This document shows positions 41,101 through 54,300 of a DNA stretch of 64,000 nt, piece by piece. Numbering within the stretch: position 1 is the first letter of the stretch; the number at the start of each line of letters is the position of its first letter. The DNA is taken from positions 14,508,001 through 14,572,000 of the forward strand of contig OZ281501.1 of assembly GCA_965637545.1 (NCBI GenBank). Reading direction: 5' to 3'. The position numbers were made by a program, and so were the translations under genes. The DNA is from Phallusia mammillata (Eukaryota). The notes under the pieces are model-generated. The model saw nothing but the letters and a program-made list of their open reading frames with translations. It searched no databases and had not been told where the DNA came from.

Positions 41101-42240
41101 AATCTACACATTTTTTGGATATATTATACAATAGCATTAAATATCAAAATGAGTATTGCAAGAGGTTCACAAAAAAAAGGTTTATTCTTATCGATGCTAC
41201 ATTGTGTATGACTAAATTGTGTTTGACGTGATTATTCACCCTCAATTATGCGGCAAGTTGCTTTATAGAATGAAGAAAGACCAGGAATTGTTACAATGTG
41301 ATAAGTGGTTCCGCGGGACAAAAATGCAGTTACAATGGCAGGTAATTTTACATAAACTTGACAGCATATTTCTTCACACAAGTTAAAAATATTGGCAAGG
41401 GTTGAGAGGGGCAGCGTTTTTGAATAAAAAAAATATTTTAGGTAACTCTAGCTGTCACAGATTGCAAAATCTTCTTCAAATACCATTTAAAAAAGGATTT
41501 ATGTAACTATTTCCTTCAGTACCCTAGCAACAATGACTTTTCTGTTAAATTATGTACAGTTAACCTTGGTTAATATGGACCAAAGAATTTTTACGGGTTA
41601 ACTGATTTCAATTAGTCAGGTTTAAGGGATGTTCGCTGTAGTTTTAATGAGAGAGTGCTTTTTTGGTTTTAAAGTGTCACAGTAATGTAAAGAAACTGGT
41701 AGATTGGCTGGAAAATGTTCTAAAAAAAGCTTAAACTGCATTTTATCACTTGAAAATCGACAACAGGAAAAAATGGTAAAACTGCAGAGAAGAACATATA
41801 AGCCATCAGCAAATAGATAAAGATGTAAGCTAAGCAATGACACGCAAAACAGCTTTCAAAGATCATGCCAAAATCAGGCACTATATGAAACAAGTGATAC
41901 AATCTTGCAAAACTACTATGACGTAACTATATTACAAACATTTTGCAATGACCGATATAATTTCTTAAAATATATTTTTGTTTGAAGCATTCAACGTATG
42001 GCATGATCCTCAAAATTTCAAATAATGTTTGTTGCGAAGCTTTAATCTAGCTTACTGCATGATTTTTCTTGATTAACCTGCTTTGAAGGGTATGTAAAGA
42101 AGACGAGTGCTAATTTCGTACATGGAAAAAACCAAAGAAGAGCAATGATTTTCGGCTTTCAAGTCAACATTGAAACAACAAAGTCATTAAGAAATGCAAA
42201 ATCCATGGCTGTTGGTTGTAAACGGATGAGGTTGTAAAAG

Positions 42241-42336
42241 CTAGACATCATTTTCCTTTTCCTGTGGTGGTTTTGTTGAACCTCGACGAGAAGAACGAAA
42301 ACTTAAGTTTCTCTTGAGCGAAGTCAGCACATGAAC
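42241..42336 (-). CDS. CACNB: CACNB terminal exon resembling the vertebrate beta1a-specific C-terminus
   Basis: Acceptor tttttcacataag. Phase-0 exon encodes [31 protein letters not shown], joining the preceding exon that ends ...SHLQ|gtaacg. Recalled rabbit beta1a: SNLQ-VQVLTSLRRNLSFWGG...QEHAM. Confidence 0.82.
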   Translation of the reverse strand, partial: VHVLTSLKRNLSFRSSRRGSTKPPQEKENDV

Positions 42337-45300
42337 CTTATGTGAAAAATCTTGAATTAGTTGAAAGAATTACCAAAGGTATTTGCATGCACTAGTTTGT
42401 TCCAGAAATAGACATGCAAAAAGTTATATTCCTTTCTGGGTCACATGTACAAAATACTAACATCAAATAGACAAAGACTACTGATTGTTAGAAAAGAAAG
42501 AAATATGTTTAAAAGACATCTAGTTACAAGCATTTATTTTGAAAGTTCTATGATCTAAATTAAGTTGTATATATGTTTGAACATAATATCATTATTACTG
42601 GCTGGTTGAATTATGAAAGGCCATAGAAAATGTTATGTTTTTATTTAGGTTAAAAAAACTGTGAAAGAATTCTTGCTGCAGGAGTATTTTTACTGTTATC
42701 AGTGTTTGCATTTAAACACATATAAACTGACAAAAGATAAGTGTGCAAGAGGTTTTTACCTAGCAAGCATGAATAATTTTGCTCATCTAATTGTGTTCAA
42801 GATATTATAGCAGCACTGCATTTGTTTTGTAATAAATTAACAAATTTGTGTAAAAAACTTCGTTATTGTGAAATATGATGATTCTTCAGTACTTTTGGTC
42901 ATTGAGCTTGGTTGTCCCTAAACATTTTCCCATTTTGGTCAAACATAATTTAATCTAAGCACAAAGAATTATAAGTGATAATGCATGAAACCTGGCGCTC
43001 AGTATTTGCTGGAGAAAGACCACAAGCACACAACATCAAGAGAATATACAACACCAATCCAACTTGACTCAGCCAAAGCAAGAATTAGATACAAAGAAAC
43101 ATTAGGTAGTAAATAAATGAAGAGAAACCTCAAGGAAGAGTTGTCAGCTGGGTTAGTTGGGTCACGGAAGGAAGAACGGAGACTTGCTGAAGCAGCTTAC
43201 ATTAAAATACCTGGCGTACATACCTACGTTACCTGCAAATGTGAGGTTTGGGAGTTATTGCCGCTCCTCGCAAGTGCAGGGTTGCTGTACATGTTTGCTG
43301 GATGCGTAGCTCGCCAGTATGCTTCCAGGTACTCGGCCAAATGCTCACAAGCATCTTCTAGTTGATTTTCGTCAAGAACAATATCAAATAAGTCCTAAAA
43401 ATATTATCCACTGAATTAATATAGTGGCCCTAAACAGGAATTCCCCAATGAGGAAGTTTTGTATTTGCATAAAAATACTACAACAAAAACAAGACTGACA
43501 ATTATGAATATTTTTGTGGTAAAGCATTATCATTCAAAATACAACAAAAACATCTCCAAGACATTTCTAACCTAAAATATATCGAAATCTATCGAAATTT
43601 AGAGGAATGGTGTAGCTCTACTTATTTTATGATTGCTTTTTATGAAACGATTCATTTTTGTAGCAAGTTTTACTTTATTTGCAAACTTTACCTGATTGCA
43701 CTGGGACAGCTTTTCTGAAGCCACCATTTGAACATTGAGATGTTTTGACTGTGATTTGCCCCTCGACTTTATGAGACGTTGCAAAACCTTAAAAAAATGA
43801 AAAATGGAGGTTTATAAAAATACAGCTTGTTTAGTAATGTTTTACCAAAATATGCAATTAGGCTTGAATGTGATCTACCCCATATTCCTAAAAAATATAT
43901 ATGTATATTATAATTTCTTGTTTGTAAATTGAAGAAAATATCTTTTCACATAATGAGTACCAGTTGTGGTATCATACAGAATTGGTGAAACTTGGCTTTT
44001 CGGCCTCCCGACAAACTGGAGTACCATTAGAGGGCTACACAAGCCAATAAGGTCTATGTCTTGTCACCAGATACACTGATGAAACCTTCTAGGTCAAAAC
44101 AGTGTGTACTGTCTGCGGCTTTCTTATCATTTATTGGCTTGATGGTTTAATACTGATATGCTACTGTTTGAATTCAGCATGTAATATGATTAACTGGATT
44201 GCTATTAACCTTGAAGTTTATTAAAAGTTAAGAAGGATTCAGTCAAGGTTGAACAATCTAGGTTCATCTTTTAGAAACATAACTTTAAAATACAAACTGT
44301 TGGTGGTTAAAACTTACTTTTGTGGAAGATATTTTTAGTGACACTATGATGGGAGCTAAAGATGTTTTTGTGAGTTGCGAAGGGTGATTAATTGTGTCCG
44401 CATCCAGAACCACCAGTTGAAGTGTTCGTGCCAATTCAAATATCCTTTCTATCTCACGCTGCACTTCAGCTAAAAAAATGAGAACGATTTCTTGTATGAA
44501 GGCTCAAAAACGAAGAGATATCATTTTTTGCTAGAGTACCCCAGTTTCAATCTGGTTTTAGCAAGATTTTGCTCCTACAAAACTTCCAGACAGCTTAAAA
44601 TCTTAATTAGATACATATTTTTTCTACTTTATTTATACTTATGTATTTATGATTTTATTTGAACATTTTATGTAAGTTTTTTTTGAGTTAGCAGTTTTAG
44701 TTTGAATTAAGCCAAACATTTTACAGAATGAGTTGATTCTCGAGATGTTAAAAAAGCTAAATTGAATAAAGTTCAAAAAATGTGACAATTTTCATTTTTA
44801 GTAACTAGTTTTTGAATTCCCAAGCCCAAGATGGAGTCAACAAATGCAGAGTTGTAGTTTTAGCGTAATTAGGGGGTATTGCAAGCAGATTACATGTACA
44901 CCATATATGCATTATGAAACACAATCCAGTTGCTCAAAAGCATTGAAATTACATATGGCAACCGAAGAAACAATGTAACTAAGGCAACACATTTTAGCGC
45001 ATTACACATAAACATTGAAAAACTTGTTTGGGGTTACAAAATCATCATTTGTGCAAAAACACAACTTTGCAGCCCAAAAGATAGTACAAACACTTACCCA
45101 AGCTGGATCTGGTGTTAGATTTTTCAATGACAGCCCGTTTACTTGGATTATTAAGTACAGCTCGCTTAGCCAATGAAATATCTGCTGTAACTCTTGTAAT
45201 TGAAATTCGTCCCTCAAATCTTCTTTTTAAGAAATCAAATATGGCTTTCTGCATCATGTCAGTCACCTAAAAGTATTAGGGTAACAAAAATGATCCAAAA

Positions 45301-48300
45301 ATATAATTTTGACATGCGCAGTGGTGATATGTACAACTGATGGAAAGGTATAGAAAATATATAAAAGTTATTTCAATCTCTATCTTCATGTGAATTAACT
45401 GTCTCATTTTAAATTGTGTTGGTTAAGCACAGTGCCAGAACGAAAAGCAATAACAAACCCAAAAAATTGTTATGAAAGGACTTTTTTAACAAGTTATGGA
45501 ATGACACCCTCCACAATGTTTGATTAAAAAATAAAATTAGCCTAATTAAAAACCAAAGTTTTTTCAGTCAGTTTCAGTTTTGTTCAAGCTGCTCTTGGGG
45601 TGAAGTTTTTTAAAGTGCAAAGAAAACCATTTTAACTAAACCAAAATCCGAAGAGTGCAAGAATTTGTTATAATAAACTCCACAATAATCACATGTGGCA
45701 TAATGAGTAGATACGAAAAAATATTCTTCATATCTGTATCTTGATTACTTATCATATTAATCCTCTTGATGTAATAAGTTCGCGAAATTTAGCTTGCACA
45801 CTATGCAAATTTAACCCTTTTAGATGCAAAAGAATGCATAATATTGGACCAAACATAATACCCAAACATTAGAGAAGACTGCATTGCACAATGTTGAAAC
45901 ACATAAAAATCTAACAAATACATCAAAATCGCAATTGATATAAATTATGCATCAGTTATAGAGAGTCTACAAATACAATTTCACCTCATATCCCTTCAAT
46001 GACGGTCCTACAAGCACCACCGGTCGCATCGAGGGCACAACATCGTATGGCGGAGTGGTCTCTTGTTTTCGGAAGAAGGCTTTTCGCTTGCCATCCTTGT
46101 TAGCACCTCCAGAATTTACTGATGAAACTGAAGTCTTTGGGCTTCTTAGAGAAAACAACATAAACAGATAAATCAACTATTTTTTTATATATATCACATC
46201 TTTGGCTAAAATCATAATTTTGTTTAAAAGTTATAATCAATAGCGAGGTAATGATATGCATGTGTTGTTCAAAGACTAAATGACGAAAAAAAGTTCTGTG
46301 TAAGTACATAATTATTTATTGTTTCGCAAAATGAAACATTTATGAAACTGGTACACAGCAAATTAAAATTTTTTAAGGCAACCAAAGTCACTTTTTTAAT
46401 TAAAAAAAGGGACTGTCCTTTCATCTAGCACCATAAGGTACTGTAAAAGGATAAAATCTTATGTACGTACATACAAAGGTCAAAAAGTATGTTTGTTAAA
46501 GGTGAGCTGCGCTGGTTTAAATAGTACTTAAGCGTATTTGCATGTAAGCACTTTAACACACACAACTATATCAATAATTTATTGCTATTTTTGGATGAAC
46601 ATATTATGCTAAACATGGGTAATTTAAGTTCTAAAGGTTAATCCAAAGTAAACTACATAAGACTCTGAGCAACAATTTGTATTTTTTTGACATCAGAAAA
46701 CTTGGGGGAAATTATAATATATTTTTTCAAGAAGACAATTTTAAAACACAGCAAAAAAATGTTCTTCAGTCTGTCTTAAAAAAGACTATAAAAAAGGCAA
46801 TTGACTGCAGGTAAGGGTAATGCCATAACACGCTACAAGAATTAGCCTGTGTAACAGGGGTTGACTCTATTTGAATAAGACAGAAACAAATAACGCCTCT
46901 TTAAATGGGTGAAAGTAATAATTTTACAACTAAAAGATTACATTGCCGCTGATCGTCTGCACTCCTTTTGAACATAATTTGCTTTTTGACTACAGGTTTG
47001 TACACAAACCAGGGTAAAAAGTGTTTTGACATAAGATAAATCAATGCGGGTCTTACTTGGAATAACAATATAGTAGTAATGAAATTGTACTCAATTATTC
47101 CTAAAGCCACAGAACTAGAAATTGCACACTTACAATCAACCGCATGTTACCCCATGGTATTGCGATTTGAATACTGCATGGTGTGTGAAATGTGAGAATA
47201 CAAGCCCCTACAAGCGTAAATTAGACCAGATTCTAGTACTATTTCAATTATAAACCCTCAACCAACCCGAATAGCTCTAACCATCAGCGCTTTCAAAAGT
47301 CTGCAAAATTATTATTTTTGCAAAAGCATATTCAAGTCCTTTACAACTTCCTGTAACAAACAGTATTTAGTACCACCGTATTGGTAAGGGGTGTAAAAAA
47401 TTTTGGTAAATTAGATGAAGTAATTTTTTTTTTAAATCATGTAAAATATGTATAGACTCAATATAATGGTGAAAATTTGTTTTTTGCAAAGTTTTATAAT
47501 TTTTTTGTCCATAAAAATAAAAATAAAAGCAAAAAAAAACAGCTACTGAAGGAGTGCTCTTTAAGTTCAAGGCCCTTCTTATTAAAACATAATAATGCAT
47601 TAATACTCAAAAAATAAAAAACCTATCATAAACTTCTGAAAAAACACATTATTTCAAATTTATGAAATTTATTTGATTTTGTTAAATTGTTGTTATCCCT
47701 GGTAAGCAAACTTGTTTTTACAGGAAAATGTTAACATTCTCTGTGTATCATGTATTATTTATGCAAAGTGCACCACTTTCATGTTCACAGCCAAACAAAG
47801 TGTACACAAAACATTTAATCTATGCAGAGAAAGATTACGCCCAAGGTTTATCTGTAGGACACCCACAATTTCTAAAACAATGTCAGTATGCTGTGAAATA
47901 TTTACACTATGTTCTCCAAGCTTATAGCAGTGAAGTTTGTTTAACGGACTAAAATGTTACTTATAATCAATTATGAATTTTGTTTGACCACTAGTTGGCC
48001 TAAAAATATGCAGGTTGTAGGTTTGTGTTTTCAACAATTTCTTGTTAGTTTTGGCTAAAATGATTTGGCCTATACACTAAACAATACTGATTTAAAACTA
48101 ACTTTATAGCAAGCTTGATGCATTATGAGTTACAATCAGCAACGGTACACTGTGAGCTAAAAACTATATTATATCATAAACTAAAAAATGCTTCATTTCG
48201 TGCAAAATTATTGTTAAAATTATATGTATATGTATGCAACAGTTGAATATAAAAATATAAAATCAATGTCAAACTAAATGCTATTCTCAGGCAACAAAAA

Positions 48301-51300
48301 ATATTTATAGGCAACCCAACTTGGGTTACAGCCAACATTTGAAAAACAGTGCCTTACAGGTTTGTAAGTTACAAAGATTTAAACCAGGGATCAAAAACCC
48401 AGGCATGCAAGGTGATTTTTCTTGGCACACAATTTAACCTGTTACACTTCTTGTTTCAATTTTTTATCATGACATTGTCTTAAATACCAGTCTACATGCA
48501 CAAAACACTCTTCTTTCTGCTTACTCTTAAGGTCACCAGGCACAATCGACTGTTACCGACAAAAGTTGAAAAGTGAAGCCATTACCAAATAAAAACAAAG
48601 TAAATTGGCATGCGCCACTTTAAAGGTTGTCAACCCTGGTTTAAACCAATGACCTCAGGATCACTAAAATAAAAGATATATACATAAAACCGACCTTTGT
48701 GTAGTGGAGAAGTTTTGTTGTGGGTTTGGTGAATCCGAATCATCTTCGTCCATGCCATTAGTATCCATGTCATACGTCACTGTAATAATACACAACTTAG
48801 TGAACACTTTTTAATCATGTTATAGCCGATTCTGTTTGATCAAGGTTTACTATTCATCTTTGGAGGTCCAGGGTTTTCTGCACGATTTTTTAGGATAGAC
48901 AAATTTAAAGCATGCTTTAAAAATATTGGACAATACCATAACGAAAAATCAAATACGCAAAATTTCTTTTTATTAACAAATTAGTGTTTTTGCAATTTTG
49001 TCAAGCAATAATAAACTAATAACAGACTACAGGAATTCTGTATGCAATAAAAACGAAATTTGCAACCAGGAGAAATAATTTTTACCAATATCAATTGGTC
49101 ATTTAACATGCAATAAAACAACAAAATTGTATACAATAATTTAATATCTTATATGGTTATAAATCACATTGCATTGGAAATCAATAACAATGATTTGAAC
49201 TTATGGCACAATTTTGCTCATAGTGTAGTGAATGGTTAGCAGCAACATAATTCAGTGATAGGTGCTATATCAGTGAAATGAATACACTTTTTTTCTTTGG
49301 TTGATCAACATGACCTTCAAGTAATATCTTTACATCATTTAATTGTGTTCAAAACTAGTAATGTATGCTCAAAACCAATGGTTTCATTGAACCTGGCTTA
49401 ACTGGTTCGATCGAATCCAATGAATTTTTCATTTATTTTGTTTTTAACGATCAGCAGGTAAATGTACATATAAAACTTACACCTTTATCACTTTTGTTAA
49501 GTTACATTGCTCTTAACCAGTTTGTTTCAATCATTTTGTATCACCACTTAACAGCAGTCTGTTCCAACTTTTGCCATTATTTTCCTCACGCTCAACTATA
49601 TGCAAATGACTTCAATGCTCAGAGCTTCTTGACTCTATTTCTTAACCTTCCACTCGAACACACCACAGGAACCTTTCTAGTGCTGGCACTCTTCCAAATG
49701 AGCTACACAAGCTTGGTGATAAGCCCCTGGTGAGTTGAATCATAGGCACTATTGCCTACCTCATATTCTGCACATGTCAGCCTTGACGTATCTGACCACC
49801 CGTTAAACCATTATTCAGCTTAATGCACATAATTTCTCAACTGGAGCCAACCCTAAGGTATCAATTCAAACAGGTGATAATGGCACACTCCTAAATGAAA
49901 CATAGTACGTCAGGCTTGTTGTAGGCTTCTGTGATGGGTGCAAATGCCACCGCAATTTTTTAGGCCTATGCCTTGCCATATATAAGAATACTTTGAAAGA
50001 CTGGCTTGATTTGATATTGTACCTAAGTTTGTAACCCTTTGGTATAGTACCCATGAAGCCTGGTGTATTATGATTTTGCTGCACAGATAAACCCAAGCTG
50101 GGTTAAAAAATCGAAATGTTAAAAGTTGAAAAACCTCCTTCAAACTGATACTGCATCTTTTTTCTCAGAATAATCGAACCATGCATAGTGTTCCTCCTTT
50201 AAACATATTCTTAGATTACATGCAAGCCTGAACTGGTTATAGTGAAGTAGCTACAGCCAATAAGCATGTGATGTCAGGCAATGCCAGTGGTGGGTTGACG
50301 TAGATGAGAGCATATGGGCATGCTACCTGAGTTTTGTATATAACAGCACCTGGGGAGGAGGGAGGTGTAGCCTTTCTAGACAAAGTATTATTACCATCTC
50401 CGAGACTGGACGTTGACGTGCCTCCAGATTTGGACATGTAGAATTTGTTCGACTTGGATCCTGGAGTTTGAGACTGGCGGATCGCTTCTAGCTTGACAGG
50501 GGAAGGAACGAAACCAACACTGCAGCCTTCTTTGACTAATCGACCGATCCACCAGTCATTGTTATATTTCTGTAAAGTTTAAGTATGTAAAGTTTTTTTT
50601 ATCAAAATCCACTTGATAAAACTAAAAGTTTTTTTTTTTTTCGTTTAGTGATTCAAGAAAACACACAATAGCACTAAAACAATAGCTGCATAACATTAAA
50701 CCATTAAGGAGTGCAAAAGAGTAAAGTTGGTGGATAATGACAGGACATGGTTACATTATACCAGTGGTTCTCAAACTTTTTTTGTTGCGGCGCCTCTGTA
50801 AAAGTTTACTAATCTTGCGACGCACCAGCAAATAAAGGTTAATGAGGAAACTTATTATTTAAGTTGTGTTTATTGATACAACCACAAAAATCCACGAAAC
50901 GGAACTATTCTGCGACGCCCTTGGAAACTTAAAACGATGCACCAGGGCGTCGCGGCGTATAGTTTGAGAACTACTGCATTATACTATTGTAGCACTATGA
51001 AAAATCAAAAGCATAAAATGCCAAGATTTATTTAGTATATTTGCAATTACTTATGCCAACATCAGTAATTTAGACTTTGACACACAAGGTTTCATAAAAG
51101 ATTTTAAAAATGTTCATTAAAATGTTATGTTGTACATAGTATGCAAGGCAGTAGATTTTTTTAGCTAAATCTGTTTGGCAATCAAAAAAGGCAATCAATA
51201 AACTGAAAAAGTAAAACAAATATCTCAAGATATTGCATAACTAATCATTCAAATTTAATCACAAACATAACTGCCAAAGAACTTGCATATATAGAATACA

Positions 51301-54300
51301 TTATGCAAACATTTCAACAATCACTGTTGTCATAATCAGTGCAGATTGTCAATCAAGCTGTATAACACATTATATAAAGCACCAATAGTGATTGTTGAAA
51401 CGTCTGCATAATTTATTCCATATACACTAGTTCTTTGGCAATTATGTTTATAATTAAATTACTCTCTAAGTCCGCATGTAGTGTTCCTAACCATTCAAAC
51501 ATATGCAATTTTCAATTTTTATCCATATACGAGTATGTGAGTACATTCTTAGCCATTTAGGTTTTTTAGGGGTTTTATTCTTTTTCTATTATCCTCCCTA
51601 TGGATTTATCTTCAGTAGCAGGTGCATTATTACTATCTAAAAATAACTTTGCATTTCACATGGTCTTGTAAGCTGCTTTGCGAAGAAATTTGTACTACAG
51701 GTGGTCAAATTTTAACATTCAAATAATTAAAAGTTTTAAATGATTTTTTAGCTGGATACGCAGTTTTTATGACCAGACTCTATATAACAACAAAGATTCA
51801 AGCTGTACATTTGATCATTTTTTAGAATTGTAGTTTCTTATGTAGTATGCAGTGTCTCAATAACTGGACTATACCCAGTGGTGGGATTCAGCCGGTTCGC
51901 ACCGATTCTATAGAACTGTCTCACGAAATTTTCTGAGATCAGCGAACCGGTTAGCATTACTGGTTACTGTGAATGGACTTTTTGTAACAGAACCAGCTGA
52001 AAAATATGACTTTTGTGATAGAACTGGCTGACAAAAAATTTGAATCCTACCACTGACTATACCCATTGGTCTTAATATTTGATAAATACCTCTTTAATAT
52101 GAAGAAAATCTTTTGCCTCAAACGAAACTGCAGCACCCTGGACAGGAGAGTCATCGTCATGGGAACCATCATAACTTACATTAGTCCGAACAGCAAATGC
52201 TACCGCCTTGGTCTGAAAATAGATAACAAATATGGTTAAATAACAAATCAAATAATTATTCAATACCAATAAAACATTAACATTAAACCAAATTTTATTC
52301 AGTGACAATTGTAGTTTTAGAATTGTAGTTTCTTATGTAGTATGCAGTGTCTCAATAACTGGACTATACCCAGTGGTGGGATTCAGCCGGTTCGCACCGA
52401 TTCTATAGAACTGTCTCACGAAATTTTCTGAGATCAGCGAACCGGTTAGCATTACTGTCAATGGACTTTTTGTAACAGAACCGGCTGAAAAATATGACTT
52501 TTGTGGTAGAACCAGCTGACAAAAAAATGAATCTCACCACTGCTTCTTAAGTACTGAGTTCTAAAAACAGAAGCAAAATTTGTTAAAACCTTAGCTTTTT
52601 CCAATTGGTTTAAAGCCTGGCGTTCAGTTTCACGCTTAGCGGCCTCTGGATCTTCTTCTAATGATACATCAGAGTCGGAAGGTCTGCTCATACAGGAATC
52701 TGCTGACCCCTAAAAAAGTACAGTATACATGTAAAGTCAAATTAAAGCACTCTGCCTTGACCAAGCACGGTTAACAAACCAGCGTTAGACAGAAACGAAT
52801 ATTTTAGGGTTTAAGGGGTGAAAATGAGTAAATCCTTTTAAATGGTACAAAATTTTTTAGAATACCTTACATTGCACCAAACAACAAAGCATGAAACTCC
52901 TAGCGCATGTATCAGTATAGCCGTTAAAAAAACTAGAAGGGTGGCTTAGCACATTTCACTACAGCATATACACTACAACCTATTTTGCAACTGTAATAAA
53001 TTCCCTATGCTTATTATATACTGGGTCCCATATCATCCAACATCTTTTACAACCTTGATTGTTTCTGCAGGCAGAAACTCATGGGTCCCCGATACCGCAA
53101 AGTTGTAAACAGACAACCACAAGAAAGGGTGTTGTAAAGTCAAACACAGTGATTGGTAGTGTTCCCTAAATAAACATGTTATGTAAAGTACAAACTGTCC
53201 TAATCTCATGCAATTCAGATATTTTTATAAGTTTGTTTGCCTAAATAGCGTGAAGCACTGACATCTCAAATGGCATATTATACAAACTGTCAAAATGTCA
53301 TTTCACTCAAATATTGTTAAAAAATTCACCCATTTTAGGGGGCTAATGGGGGAGTAAATATTGGGGCTACAGGGTGAAACACAACAATCGACGCCATAAA
53401 ATGGAATAATAAACAAACTGTCCAAATTCTATCCAAATCGGACATTGTTTAAAATTTTACCCATTTTAGGGGGCTAGTGGGGTAAATATTGGGACTACAG
53501 GGTGAAACACAACAATCAACGCCCTAAAGTTAAACAATGAACAAACTGTCCAAATTTCATCCAAATCGGACATTGTTTACAATTTACCCATTTTAGGGGG
53601 CTAGTGGGGTAAATACTGGGGCTATTGAGTCAAACAAAACAAATGGCACATCTACATAACTATATCTTCCATCAGTGAAAATTTCATCCAAATCCATCAA
53701 ACATTTCAAGGCAAAACGAGGTGGACAAACTTTAGGAAGAAAAAAACAAAAAAACAAACAAATCGAGTAAAATCAATATGTGTCCCCTTCAGGGAAGGGG
53801 ACCCATAAATATTCTGTTTTGGGGGCCTAGGGGTGAACCGCTAGATCATTCCAGGTCAAACTTCAGGAGGATTAAATTTGGATTAATAACTAAGATCTGT
53901 GTAAATTTAAAGCACCCTTTCTTGACCAAACGTGTATAACAAACCAGCGTTAGACAGAAAAAAGAAAAACACTGTCAAAAACAATACATATGTGTCCCTT
54001 TCAGGGAAGGGGACCCATAAACAACAGGATGAATAAACTAAGTTCAACCATTTTAATTCTTATTATGCAACTAAAGCACAAAAACAGCATTCTAGTTTGT
54101 CCATAAAACACAAAAGTTGAAAATACAACTACTAATTCTAGTAGTTGCTTGGTTTAAATAGAAGTCGTCAACCTCTTGCCTAAGCTGTTTATTCATGATA
54201 TGTAAAGTGACTCAGAAGTTTAATTCAAAAAAGTCAAGCACTTTTTGATATAATTGAACTGTTCCAATGCCTGTTTTGTGTTTGTTATAATGTAATAGTC

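Noticed and set aside
43130-43200. Alternative CACNB terminal exon just after 43233 ([21 protein letters not shown])
   Set aside because: Would need a 36-45-nt intron and shows no homology; the 42336-42241 exon is far better supported.
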